NCBI RefSeq assembly: GCF_004010195.1 | Contig: NC_057717.1 | Span: 41,688,260-41,751,757, forward strand | Direction of reading: 5' to 3' | Source: Chiloscyllium plagiosum | Lineage: Eukaryota | DNA length: 63,498 nucleotides | Shown: piece by piece, positions 22,991 through 35,700 of the stretch | Position numbering within the stretch: the stretch's first letter is position 1 | Layout: every line of letters starts with the position of its first letter | Notes under the pieces: model-generated | What the model saw: only the letters and a program-made list of their open reading frames with translations | Databases searched by the model: none | Told to the model about the DNA's origin: nothing | Position numbers and translations under genes: made by a program

Positions 22991-23419
22991 AGGCCTGCGA
23001 TCTTGCTCGACTAATTATGGTTGATCTTTCTGAAGAAACTTTATTACAACCAAATGGCTTCTCAGTCGACCTGCCTGACCTGCTGTGCTTTTCCAGCACT
23101 ACACTCTCAACTCTGATCTCCAGCACCTGCAGTCCTCACTTTCTCCTGATGTGTTTCTTAGTCAGGTTCGGCACAGGAAAGGACCTCCTCCTCTGAAGGA
23201 CAATACTGAACCATGTAACGTGCTTCAAACCTTTGTAGGTCTGCCATTATCGTTCATTATTCCAGAATTTTCATTTCATACTCTTATTAATTGAAGCTAC
23301 CATGGTAGGGACTGATTCTGGAAATTTACTCCAAACCTTTTGATTGCTTATTACATACTCATAATGCCTCCTCAACCACTTTATCAAACTGTCATGTTAG
23401 CTTCAATGATTTTTTAATT

Positions 23420-25130
23420 GACTCATGGAACATGGTGGTTGCTTTTAGTTGTCTGTAGATGTCCTTCAGCAGATGGCAGTAAGCTGCCTTTCTGAAATAA
23501 CATGTTCCAAAATGGCCTGAGGAAGGGAATTCCAGATTTTGGCCCAATTACAGTAAAGGATCGGTGACATATTTCCATGTCAGGATGCCGAGTGTTTTAG
23601 AGAGGAGCTTACAGTGGTGCTGTTCCCTTGTATCTGCTGCTCCTGTCCTTATAGATGCAAGTGGTAGTGGGAAGGTGCTGTCTAAGGAAGTGGTTAAGTT
23701 ACTGCAGTGTAGTATTTTAGATAGTCCATACGCCAGGTACTAAGAATCAGATATTGAGGCAATGGACGCTTGTCGATGTGCTACTGATCAAGTGGGATGC
23801 TTTGTCCTGGACAATGCCAAGCTTCTTGAGTGCAGTTGAAGCTGTTCCTATCCAGTCACGGGGCGAGCTGTGCTATTAGCCTCCTGACATCTGTCTCTTA
23901 GACAGTCAATTGGCTTTGAGAGTCAGGAGGGTGAGTTACTCGCTGCAGTATTCCTCGCCTCTGGCCTGCTCGTATAACCATTGTATTTATATGGAGTGTC
24001 CAGCTCAATTTCTAATGAACAATAAAACCCATGGAGTCGATGGTGAGGGATTCAGTGATGGTAACACTATTGAATGTCAAGGGGTTTTGGTTAGGTTGTC
24101 TCTTATTGTCAATGGTCATTGTCTCGCAGTTTTGTGGTGTGAATGCTATGTGCCACTTGGCAGCTCAAGTCTGGAAATTGCCCAGATTTTGTTGTGTTTG
24201 AATGTGGACTGAGGAGTCACAAAAAAGTGCTAGATTAATGCAGATTTCACTTCTGACCTTCTCATGGAGGGAAGGCCATTGCTGAAGCAGCTGAACATGA
24301 TTGGGCCAAGGACACTTCAGGAACTCCAAAAGAGATTTGCTTTGGCTGAGATGACTGCCCTCTAACAAGCAGAGCCATCTTTCAATGTGTGAGGTATGAC
24401 TGCAGGCAGCAGGTAGGTTGTCACCTGATACCCATTGAACCCAGTTTTGCTAGGCTCCATGATATCACACTCTGTCGAATGTGACCTGAATGTCAAGAGC
24501 TGTCACTCTCCCCTCATTTCTCGAATTCAGTTCTTTGTCCATGTTTAAATCAAGTCTGTAATTCAGACATGAGCTGAGTAGGTCTTGCGTAACCCACATT
24601 TACACAGGTTATTGCTGAGCTAGTGCTACTTGATAGCACCTTCCTACATCTAACTCATGCTTGAGCATGAACTGATGGGGCAGTAATTCGCCAGGGTGGT
24701 TTCACCTATTTTCTGTGCACAGGACGTGCCTGGCCTATTTTTCACATTGTCCATGCCAGTGTTTTAGCTGTACCTGGATTGCTTGGCTAGCACAAGTCAT
24801 CAGTATTATTGCCAGAATTTTGTCAGGCTCCGTAGCGTTTGCAGTAACCCCTGCCCCCCCAACCCCCCGTCCAATAGTGTCTTGATTTCACATGGAGAGA
24901 AGCGAATTCCCTGCTGACAGGTATCTGTGATATTGATGATCTATGGAAGATGCCGACATGGATCAGACAATTGGCACTTCTGGCTGAAGACTGCTGTGAA
25001 TGGTTCAGCCTTAACTTTTGCGCTGATGTTTTGTGCTCTCCAAAGCAGAGCAAGGGAATACCTGTGGAGCTTATTCCTTCAATGAGTTGTTTAATTATCA
25101 ACTTTAATTCACGACTTGATGTGGAAGCAC
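23420..25130 (-). mobile_element. Old, highly degenerate LINE
   Basis: Remnant RT-associated motifs on the minus strand (e.g. reverse complement of gaatgtcaagagctgtcactctc, corresponding to V.ALDI); no long ORF. Confidence 0.55.
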
Positions 25131-26094
25131 TGTGGGCTCAGACCCCTGTTTCCTGAATTAATGGTCGAGCTACAATATCTCCAGACTATAATTCCAACCC
25201 CCACGCCAAAATGTGGATATTCACAACAGAAGATCGCTTATCCTTTGTATTGTGTAGATTCCAACAATGCATCGTATATTCGCTTAAATTGTTAGTCTCG
25301 AAAATGCTTTACTTCACAGACTTTAGGATATAATGTTCTGTTTTCAATTCTTCTCTCCGACAGGCAAGGTCATCGATGTCACACTGCCTTTCCTCCTCAC
25401 TAATTGCAAAACCAAACGTTTTTCACCTCATCTTTGAACTTACTGATCAAAATTGCTACATTATTGACTAGATCGTTCATATACGCTGCAAACATCAAAG
25501 GATCCAGCGCCAAGTCATATAGTAAGCCACTGGACACAAGATGTCTTCACAATGACTACCTTTGACCATTATCTTCTGCCAACAAATAAACCTTCGATGC
25601 ATTTGCCAAACTGCACCAGGTCCCATGAACCCTTACCATATTAAAGATGCAAGATCTGGTCAAAAACCTGATTGAAGTCAAGAAGCATTACATCCACTTT
25701 TTGCACCCGATGTCACATCTCATTGCCTCTCCGGAAAACAAAATCAACCACTTCTGATATGATATCACTTCCACCAAAGCCATGCTGAATTTTATTGCTT
25801 AAACCTTACAATTCCAACTTTTAATGAATGCTGACTCTTAGATTTACTTATTAACTTCCCACAAGCTTTCTACTTTTAAACATAAGTTTATGAGTGAAAT
25901 TACACATTGTCATTTAGCTCCTTTCATCCGATGATAACTCTTCTTATCTCTCTGACAGATAATTTACTCTAGCTGAAATAATCTTGTGTCTCTTCTGTTT
26001 CATTCTGGAAAATGGGAATGGATTGAACACAATGTTGAGACCAATAACAACCTGTTTGTTCTTAACACTGTCAGTGTGTGTTCACCCTCAGAGG

Positions 26095-26304
26095 CAGGAA
26101 GACTTTGTGCTGATAATACGGAAAGTAGCACCTGATGTATCATTCTCAGCTGGCACACAACTTCCTGTTTCTATGTGCCAGCAGCAAGCCACACATCTCA
26201 CTTCTGATCAGAAAATAAACCCAGGGGGTGCAATCTGGCGGAAACATCTGCCAATATCAGGACACAGAGTGTGAAGCGATCACATTGAAATGACATTTGC
26301 AAAT
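26095..26304. promoter_or_regulatory. Candidate B-cell enhancer (E-box/ETS/EBF/octamer-like cluster)
   Basis: CAGGAAG 26095, CACCTG 26129, CAGCTGGC 26147, ACTTCCTG 26160, CCCAGGGG 26220, CGGAAA-CATCTG 26239-26250, ATTTGCAAAT 26295. Confidence 0.4.
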
Positions 26305-26804
26305 CGACCTTTCGATCGCTGTTTCGCGGTCTGATTCCAGGACATCATTGGACGAGTCTCTCAACCATCGAACAAGCATATTCGATTCACTAACGTCTGG
26401 GACATATCGACTTGCGCCTTGTTATGTCTTTGATCTTGTACTACTTGTTACTCTCTCTTCAGATTTAATGTTCCCAGTTTTTGATTCTGTCTTCTGCATC
26501 TATTACCTTCCCAGCCGAATACATTCTGTTTGATCTGTTTCCTAAATTTTGATCAACTAAACAAATAATTTTTCTTGGTTATTTCAGAAACTATGACTAA
26601 AAATTCCTATTTTTAACAAAGTTTCAAATATTATTAAAAGTTGCAGCCCTGGCATTTCCTACAGTGAACTTTGTAGTGTTTAAATATTCTGGTCAAAATT
26701 TGCTTCAAGCAACAGACTTAAACATTGGTTTCTCCGAGTTCCCAGCCATTGCCCTTGCAGTTCCATAATAACTGCAAGCTATTGATAGGCCCCAGAGAGA
26801 ACAG

Positions 26805-27935
26805 AATGTCCAGGCCCTGTACACATCCAAACGCCATGATGTAGGCCTCGAAGCCCTCCGTTTCTTCCTGTCACGCCAACCCAAGCAGTACATGCTCAAC
26901 CTCAACTACATTTCCTTTCAATCCTCCCACTTCCTCCAAACCAAAGGGGTAGCCATGGACACCTGTATGGACCCCAGCTATGCCTGCCTCTTCGTCAGAT
27001 ATGTGGAACAGTCAATCTTCCACAGCTACACCGGTATCATTGCCCACCTTTACCACCGCTATATTGATGACTGTATCAACGTCACCTCATGCTACCACTA
27101 GAAGATTGAACAGTTCATCAACTTTACTAAAGCTTTCCACCCTGACCTAAACTTCACAGGGACCAACTCGGATACCTCCCTCCCTTTCCTAGACCTCTCC
27201 ACCTCTATCTCCAGTGACCGACTAAACATTTACTACAAGCCCACTGACTCCCACAGCTACCTGGACTATACTCCTCCCACCCGAGCTCCTGTAAAAATGC
27301 CATCCCTGATTGTTAATTCCTCTGCCTCCACCGCATCTGCTCCCAGGAGGATCAGTTCCACAATAAAACATCCCAAATAACCTCCTTTTTCAAAGACTGC
27401 AATTTCCCTTCCCATGTGGTCGACGATGCCCTTGAACCCCATCCCTCCAATCGCAACAGGGAGCCCTCCTGGTCCTCATCTTCCACCGCACCAACCTNNN
27501 NNNNNNNNNNNNNNNNNNNNNNNNNNNNNNNNNNNNNNNNNNNNNNNNNNNNNNNNNNNNNNNNNNNNNNNNNNNNNNNNNNNNNNNNNNNNNNNNNNNN
27601 NNNNNNNNNNNNNNNNNNNNNNNNNNNNNNNNNNNNNNNNNNNNNNNNNNNNNNNNNNNNNACCACAGGGAGTGCAAAACCTGCGCCAACACCTCCCCCC
27701 TCACCTCTGACAAGGCCCCAAATGATCCAACCACATCTCAGAGAAATTTATCTATACTTCCACAAATGTCATCCACTGTGTCTGTTCCACCTGATGTGGT
27801 CTCCTCTACATCAGGGAGACAGGACACTAACTTGCGGATCATTTCAGAGAACATCTCTGGGACACCCGTGTCAACCAACCCCACGGCCCCGTGGCTGACC
27901 ACTTTAACTCCCTCTCCCACTCTACCAAGAACAGG
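26805..27935 (+). mobile_element. Penelope-like retroelement (RT + GIY-YIG), degenerate, spanning the 164-N gap 27498-27661
   Basis: FLQTKGVAMDTCMDPSYACLFV.YVEQ...HRYIDD (PLE RT), SLPFLDL, YYKPTDSHSYL; GIY-YIG after the gap. Confidence 0.88.
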
Positions 27936-28289
27936 CCGGTCATTTCCAAGGAATAAATACAAAATAACCGAGCCTGAATTTGGGATGATATTAACAGGAT
28001 TTATTTTGATCTAAGCATGAACAGATTATTTTGACAAAGCAGGTGGAGAAATTCACTTGCTGAAAAAGCAGCTCAAGTGATATAAGCTGGCACCAAACCG
28101 AGTTTGGTCAATACTGAGGCAAAAATACAGCATACAGTCTTGAGTGAAATAAATAAAGAAACTATCTTAACCCCGGAATAAGATGGAGTGTATTAAATAT
28201 CAACAAAGACACAAGTATTTTCGGATATAATAGAAAAGTAATTTATAGTATATTGAAATGCAGAGATGTGAATTTGTGTCTCGACAATC

Positions 28290-28592
28290 TTCCTAGCTAA
28301 ATTAATCATTTCAGAAATGCCTTTGTTAAATTTCATGAATCGTTCGTTGGTCCATTCCACGAAATTGCGAGATCCTTGTTAAATTCTGAACCATCGCCTT
28401 CCAGGTTCACAGTGGTTGTGAGTCTCATGTTACAGCAAATTGTGAAGTTGTGCACTGTATGCCAATGTCTTAGTTAAAAATCTAAAGCAATCACAGCTCC
28501 AAACATTTACAAAATATCACAATGGATCTTCCTTGAATCCAAAAAAAATTGTCCTTTTGATCAATGATTTCTAAAATTTACGAACATATCTG
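28290..28592 (-). pseudogene. 3' remnant of a second copy of the cytokine-like candidate (homologue of ~630-946)
   Basis: Near-identical to unit-1 sequence; encodes ICCNMRLTTTVNLEGDGSEFNKDLA with a different 1-bp deletion from the unit-1 copy; truncated by a Penelope insertion. Confidence 0.4.
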
Positions 28593-29140
28593 CCGGCTGA
28601 GCAGATATCTGTCTGAAATGACAGACAGACTACTGCAACCACTAGGACTTACAACAGCGCACAAACCAACAGCCACTCTCAGACAGCAACTCACCAAAAC
28701 GAAGGACCCGATACCCAGATGAGCAAAACCAATGTAGTGTACAAAATCCCATGCAAGGACTGCACAAAACACTGTATAGTACAAACAGGAAGACAGCTAA
28801 TGATCCGCATCCACGAACATCAACTCGCCACGAAACGACACGACCAGCTATCCCCAGTAGCCACACACGCAGACGACAAGCAACATGAATTTGACTGGGA
28901 CAACACTACCATTATAGGGCAAGCGAAACAAAGAACAGCCAGGGAATTCCTAGAAGCACGGCACTCATCAACAAACTCCATCAACAGACGCATCGACCTG
29001 GACCCAACATACCGGCCACTACAGCGGACAGCTGAAACTGACAACCGGAAGCGACAGGGACAGGCCACTATAAATGCCGCAGGAAACACCACAGAAGCGC
29101 TTCACAAGAGGCTCCCAAGCACTGAGGATGTCACCTAGAC
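28593..29140 (+). mobile_element. Penelope-like element 3' part (GIY-YIG endonuclease)
   Basis: ORF 28719-29138 TNVVYKIPCKDC.KH.I.QTGRQL..RIHEH...HEFDWDNTTII...REFLEA; not present at the homologous position in unit 1. Confidence 0.9.
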
Positions 29141-29531
29141 NNNNNNNNNNNNNNNNNNNNNNNNNNNNNNNNNNNNNNNNNNNNNNNNNNNNNNNNNNNN
29201 NNNNNNNNNNNNNNNNNNNNNNNNNNNNNNNNNNNNNNNNNNNNNNNNNNNNNNNNNNNNNNNNNNNNNNNNNNNNNNNNNNNNNNNNNNNNNNNNNNNN
29301 NNNNNNNNNNNNNNNNNNNNNNNNNNNNNNNNNNNNNNNNNNNNNNNNNNNNNNNNNNNNNNNNNNNNNNNNNNNNNNNNNNNNNNNNNNNNNNNNNNNN
29401 NNNNNNNNNNNNNNNNNNNNNNNNNNNNNNNNNNNNNNNNNNNNNNNNNNNNNNNNNNNNNNNNNNNNNNNNNNNNNNNNNNNNNNNNNNNNNNNNNNNN
29501 NNNNNNNNNNNNNNNNNNNNNNNNNNNNNNN
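29141..29531. other. Assembly gap (391 N) at the position of cluster 2 L-V-D-D
   Basis: N run; flanking unit sequence maps to unit-1 positions ~946 and ~7524. Confidence 0.95.
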
Positions 29532-29695
29532 CTCATGTGTTACTCTGTGAAGTATAAAACAGTATTAACATTTATCAAGAATGATCAGAATTCACTAGCA
29601 CAATTATGTGATGAAGATTTATCGTGACTTTATTTTACCTGTGGTTCTGAAAATTTAAAATGATGGTAAATTTTTGATTTATTTTATGCAGAGCT

Positions 29696-29734
29696 AGTTA
29701 TTGTGTGACCCAGTCCAGAGAATGTACCACTGTG
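29696..29734 (-). other. JH 23-RSS, cluster 2
   Basis: AGTTATTGT - 23 nt - CACTGTG. Confidence 0.93.
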
Positions 29735-29782
29735 ACTATTTTGATTACTGGGGCCAAGGGACCATGGTGACGGCGACTTCAG
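29735..29782 (+). CDS. IGHJ: JH segment, cluster 2 (YFDYWGQGTMVTATS), open
   Basis: WGQG motif; donor G|GTGAGA. Confidence 0.95.
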
Positions 29783-32700
29783 GTGAGAACTTTGAACTTT
29801 CTTAGTGACTTTTTAAAAACTTTCTATTCATGTGACTAATTTCTGAATTAAATGAAACTCAGATTCTGTGCTGAGTTTGGTTTGGTTCGGATTGATTTTT
29901 GTTCACACTGATTACAGACTTCAGTTAAGGCTCAGCAAATAGTTACAATGGTGATGATGGAGTCAGTTGCTCGGTGTATCTCTTTTTTTCTGATCAGATG
30001 GGCATTCTGTGTGGCTGGGTTACTTGAAACACCTAATGTCTCTTAATCAGTCTGCTATAAATGATGTTTAATGTCAGTGACACCCGGACTGTGAGTTTTA
30101 TTATCAACAACAAATGCTATGAATTCAAAGATGTTCGAGATATTACCAAACATGATTAAAATATGCTAAAATATCATTATTCATTTCTTGATGTTTTCTG
30201 GTGTTTTCTTACTGGTGAGGAGATTGACTCTCTGGATTACTTTTCACTACCAATATTTGCGAAGTTCTTTTGTTTTTCATGAATCATTTCTGCCTTTCTT
30301 AAACTTATATGACACATTTTTCTCTGCTTGATTGAAAACATTACATCTATTTGTAACGGTCTGAAAAACAACTTAAGGCAGAAACCCGGAAATGTGAGAA
30401 ATGAAAAAAAAACGAGTTTTTAATGCATTGAGTTTTTTTTAAAAAACTCAGTTTTAATTGTAAACTAACTGAATTTTGTTTTGAGTAGCCTCATTAAAAA
30501 TAAAATTTGGGACTAAAATCTGAAACTGCAGAATTGATCAGCTTATATAATTGAAACTAACTTAAAATTATAATGTGGTAATATTTGTCCATTCAGAAAT
30601 TTTGTTTTGTAATGAAGTGATTAATCAATATATGCCTTCAACCGCTCTACTGTGCGCTGCACAAGATTGTCACGATCAAGAAGGGTGTACAGGTTGGAAA
30701 TAAATGGAACTGTTGCCAGAAACGTTACAGCTTTTAGTGTTAAGTCCCCTCACAAACAAGGTTGCTGTTATGGCTTGTTATTTCTGTTCAATTTAATCAT
30801 TAGTTTGCTTGATTCTGAGCAGCTTTGTTAGACTTCAACTTGTTTTTTTTTGTGAGGTTACATCATGTTCTTGGTTCTGTTGAAAATGTTTGCAGAGCTA
30901 GTTCTGCTGCAAACACACCGTGTTGTGATCTGGTGATCGTTGATCTGTTGAGGAGGGACTGTGCTTGGGTAACATTAAATTTGGGAAACCGTTTTTGGTT
31001 TCTACATTGTTTTTGCAATGTTAACACGGTTGGTGCCAGTGAACCGCTCCAGGTTCCTCATTCAATGCAATCAGCATGCGAGTTGAAATTTCATAAAGCC
31101 TATTATTAAGTGAAAGACAAATCGCAAAGGTTTTAGAAATGAAGGGAAAACAGATACCTTCGGGCGCCATTTGAACTTCAAATAAATAATTAAGGATGAA
31201 TCTAATCCATGCTTTACAATCCAAATTCAGAACTCAACTATCTAGTTCAATCACAAGGTCTATCTTTAAGCAGTTTGCAAGTCATAGAGAAATATAAATA
31301 GATGTTCAAAAGTTTAATGTTCTAATAGTTCTTGCTCTTGAGCAAAAATGCCAAGACAGTGTTATAATTGATCAAGAAACACCTTTTAATTCCGCTGTAC
31401 ACTGCATACATATTTTTCTGGCTGGAAACGATCATTGGCAAAGACCATTTGGAAATTCTGCTCAATTCTATGAAGAACAGATCAGTTTCACTGCTTTGAT
31501 CAGTTTCACACGTAACTTGAGTTAATTAATTGTTATGTCCCTGATTAAACTGGATTTACTGGATAAAATAAAACATTAACTGAATTATTTATTTGAATTA
31601 ATTAAAATAATCCACTCATGAACTCGCAGGGCAGCATGGTGGCTCAGTGGTTGGCACTGCTGCCTCACAGTGCCAGGGTCCCAAATTCGATTCCACCCTC
31701 GGTTGACTGCCTGTGTGGAGTTTGCACATTCTCCCTGTGTCTGCGTGGGTTTCCATCGGGCGCTCTGGTTTCCTATCACAGTCAAAAAGATATGTTGGTC
31801 AGGTGATTGGCTGTGCTAAATTGCATATAGTGTTCAGGGATATGTAGGTTAGGGTTCATTCGTCAGGGGTAAATATAAATTAGGGGGAATGGGTCTGGGT
31901 GTGTTACTTAATATTCAAAGGGTCAGTGTGGAATTGTTGGGCCAAATGGCCTGTTTCTATACTTTGGGAACGCTACTCTTAAAACCATGGGAGTACTTGC
32001 TGCAAACACAGAGAATTCATTTTACATCGATGTGTTAGACGTATGCAGAGTTCACAAATTTGCAGAAGACATGAACTAGAGGATAACAGAGCACATTGTT
32101 TATTCAGACACTGAAAATAGAGTAATATTTATTTTAATTAATATACTTGACCGAATTATTGCAATGTAGCGATCGGAAGGAATTTGCTCTCATTAGGTAA
32201 ATGTGACAATCATTTAGATTAGATTTCCTGCAGTATGTATCGGGCCATTTGGCCCAACAAGTCCACACCGACCCTCTGAAGAGTAACCCACCCAGACTCC
32301 TTCCCCTACCCTATATTTACCCCTGACTAATGCACATAACACGATGGACGATATAGCATGACCAGTTCACCTGACATGCACATCTTTGGATTGTGGGAGG
32401 AAATCCACACAGACACAGGGGAGATTGTGTAACCTCCACATAAGCAGTCACCCGAGGCTCGAACCGAGCCTGGGTACCTGGATCTGTGAGGCAGCAGTGG
32501 CCACATTTACTTAGACATCCGTTAAAGCAGGTAACTCCAGACAGAAGCATGTTTTCAATTCATATCTTTCTAAACATTTTCGTTCATTAAAAGCAGTTAA
32601 CAAGAAAATGACCTTGCCCTAATTCCTTCAACAGAAATGCTTTCCACACTGGAATACAGTATTGACTTTATGCAGTGCATGCAAAATCTCCACAGTTCAA

Positions 32701-35700
32701 GGAACGTTTTAAGAATATGTAAAAATAATTTACAGAATAATCCATTTTCTCCGGATCTGTGCTTTAATTGGCGATATTTCCCACCTCAATAATTTTGTTA
32801 AATACAATGACTTATTAAGTTTATTAACTCAGTGGTTATTTATGTTCATTGTGAACACATTCTCGTTCACATTAATCCACTGGTTAGTTCCTCTGATGAA
32901 TGTTCAATTACAGTGAATATATTTGACGTGAGGAGTTGAGCAATGTATCCTCTAGGATTAAGTTTGTTGTGCAGTTTGTTTCAGTGCTATCTCCAACTAA
33001 CGTTTCAATGGTCCTGACCATTTTTAAATTGTCCAGTTCGTATACCTGAATCTCAGACAGTTCAATTTCATCTCGCGCTTCAAAACCACTTTTATCTGCC
33101 AGAAATACAATATTCGATTAGGTGCCTCAGAATTGAGAGCCCTGACTAAGTTGTTCCAATCAGAACGAACGTTTCAGGAACAAAAGGCAGAAAGCAAGAG
33201 TTTTGAAATTGGTTGTTGGCAACAAAAGATATTTGATTGAGTGAGGCAGAGGGAAATATGCTGCATATTTTCTTTGTGCCTCAGTTATGCAGGACATGTT
33301 CCGTGGCACAATGTTGAATCAGAAGTTTTTTGCATCTTATTATTTGAAAACCTATTATCAGCTTTTAATGTCACTGGCAACGGTCATATTACACTTCAAA
33401 ACATTTTAATCTTTTTCAAACTAAGTAGACCGTCTGGTGCAGCAACATTCACAGGGGAAAGAGGAAGGAAGTTCTAGGTTGGAATCCAGTGACAGTGAAT
33501 TGATGGCAATGCAATTCCTAGATTTATTCCTCTGTAGCTCCCATTGAGTTTGAACAATTTGGAGCTCCTGTCAAAGTATTCTTGAATAAATGTTGAAATG
33601 TTGCTTCCATTGTACAAACATTCTGGAACAATCCCTGGTTGTTGGAAGGTGTTAATAACTAACATGGTTGATGTACTGTCAAAACAGGTAGGCTGTGTTC
33701 TCCGTGTTAGTGTCGAGCCCATTGTGTTCAGGTCTGTTGTGATGTTGTAGTAGTGCCCCTGATTCTGTGCCAGGTGGCCTGTGTTCACTTACAACCTGTT
33801 AGAGAGGTATGTAATACCAGCTCTTATCAGGTTACTTCAGCGCAAGAAAACAGATTGAAATGTTTGGGTGTTTGTTGGAATTCCACTCACAGAGGCCAGT
33901 GAAATCTATTCAATCGCTGTCCTGGCTTGTGTCTCTTAGATATTACACAGAATTTTTGTGGTTAGCAGCTTTTTCCAGATCAATATTTGTTCACAAGCTT
34001 TTGGGCATCGCTAGATGGGGTTAATGGAGTTAGTGCTCAAAGAAATCCCAGCTTTTGACTTGCTGTTATGACAATATAATTTATAACTAATCCAGAATGA
34101 ATCATTTTCGAAGCATATTTGATGAGATTATGCTTAGGCTGTTTTACTTTATATTAAACCAGTGGTGTAGCTGAATTTGATTGTTCAGTACGGTGGGAGG
34201 TCCGCTGAATCCAACACTTGCAGCAGATGGTGATAGCTTTCAGGTTGGTCTTCAATTGCTATCTCAGACCATCCAGTACCTCTGCTAAGAATCCTTTTTC
34301 CAACAGGAGTCAAGCCAACGTAATCACTGTTTTTCTCAACAGATGTGAGCTCTTGTGTCAAAAACATGAAAACAATTTGGTGAAGAGGGGGTCCCGGGAT
34401 GCGAAAGGTTAACCTTGCTTTCTCTCCACAGGAGCTGCTGGACCTGCTGAGTTTCTTCAGAAATTTCTGTCTTTATTTTGGTTTTCTAGCATTTTAAGTT
34501 TGTTGTTTCATTGAAAAAAGTTCTGTTCGATGAAACACGTTCTTCAGAGAAAGGATGCATTTGAACAAATTGCGAATGTCCAGAGATATTAAATATCAGA
34601 GAATCATTGAATTTGAGCGCCCTGATCTCGAGCTGTAGTTTCACAAGAAACTATTATGAAGTAACAACACACTCCAGCGTGCAGTGGCTGCTGTAATTGG
34701 GTGGAAGTGATTTTGATCACTCAAATAGAGAATATCAATGAGCCCGTTCCAAATAATCAACAGAAGGTTTTTTTTTAAAGCATGTGTGAAACAATTAAAT
34801 TGTTGAAATACTTTAATAAAAAGTATTCACCGCCAGTGCTAGCTTAATGAATGACACAAAGATAGTTAGGGAGGAGCAAGAGGAAGGCACTGAGCCCCTC
34901 GAGCTGTTCCACCACTTACTTAGATCATGGAGCATCTGTGAGCTAAATCCACAGGTCTCCCTTTGGCTAAAACTCTTTAACACCTTTGATGAACAAGCAA
35001 AAACTATCCCAGATTTACTGATTCGACTGCGCGTAACAAAGGGAGACACCATTTCTGAAAGACATTCTTGTGAGTACTGTGACACAATGAGGATGGAATT
35101 AATTGCTCATGAAAGTAAACTTTAAATCTCTGACAATTTCCAATTGAAACATCCCAATCATCATATTTCATTAATTTAACACTGTACCTCCCTGGAATAA
35201 AGAAATATATTGTGTGATTGCCTTGCTAAAAATGAGGGAAGCTTCATTCCCTTTATATGATTAAGAAATAGCTCTGTTCATTCAGTGAAAACACAGTCAA
35301 ATCACACAAAAGGAAACCATGTCATCTTGTGTAGACATACAAGTGCATCAAATAATTTTCAATTCTTCCAGTGGTTGTTTGAATCTCTAGACAGGTGTGG
35401 AAATGTCCGACTTTTTATATCGCCTTGAGAAACCAGTTGTCAACAGTCTATTTGGATTGCTGAAGTTTGTGTGGTATTAGCACATTCACAGCGCTGTTAG
35501 GAGCTGAGTCCCATGGCTGTGATTGAGGAAGAGGACACGGGCAGAGAAATAATTGAGAGTCAAGTTGAAGTCTAATTTGGAGGAGAGCTTTCAGGTGAAG
35601 CATTTACATGCATGTGCGCCCTTATCCTCAATGATCACAGATTTGGAACATGCTGCGAAGGGACATGTCAGCATGTAAAATGGAAGCTGAAGAAGGCATC

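Noticed and set aside
25364-25471. Strong acceptor (ttctctccgacag) and short open frame as a possible last exon
   Set aside because: Overlaps degenerate antisense CR1 LINE sequence; no supporting motif.
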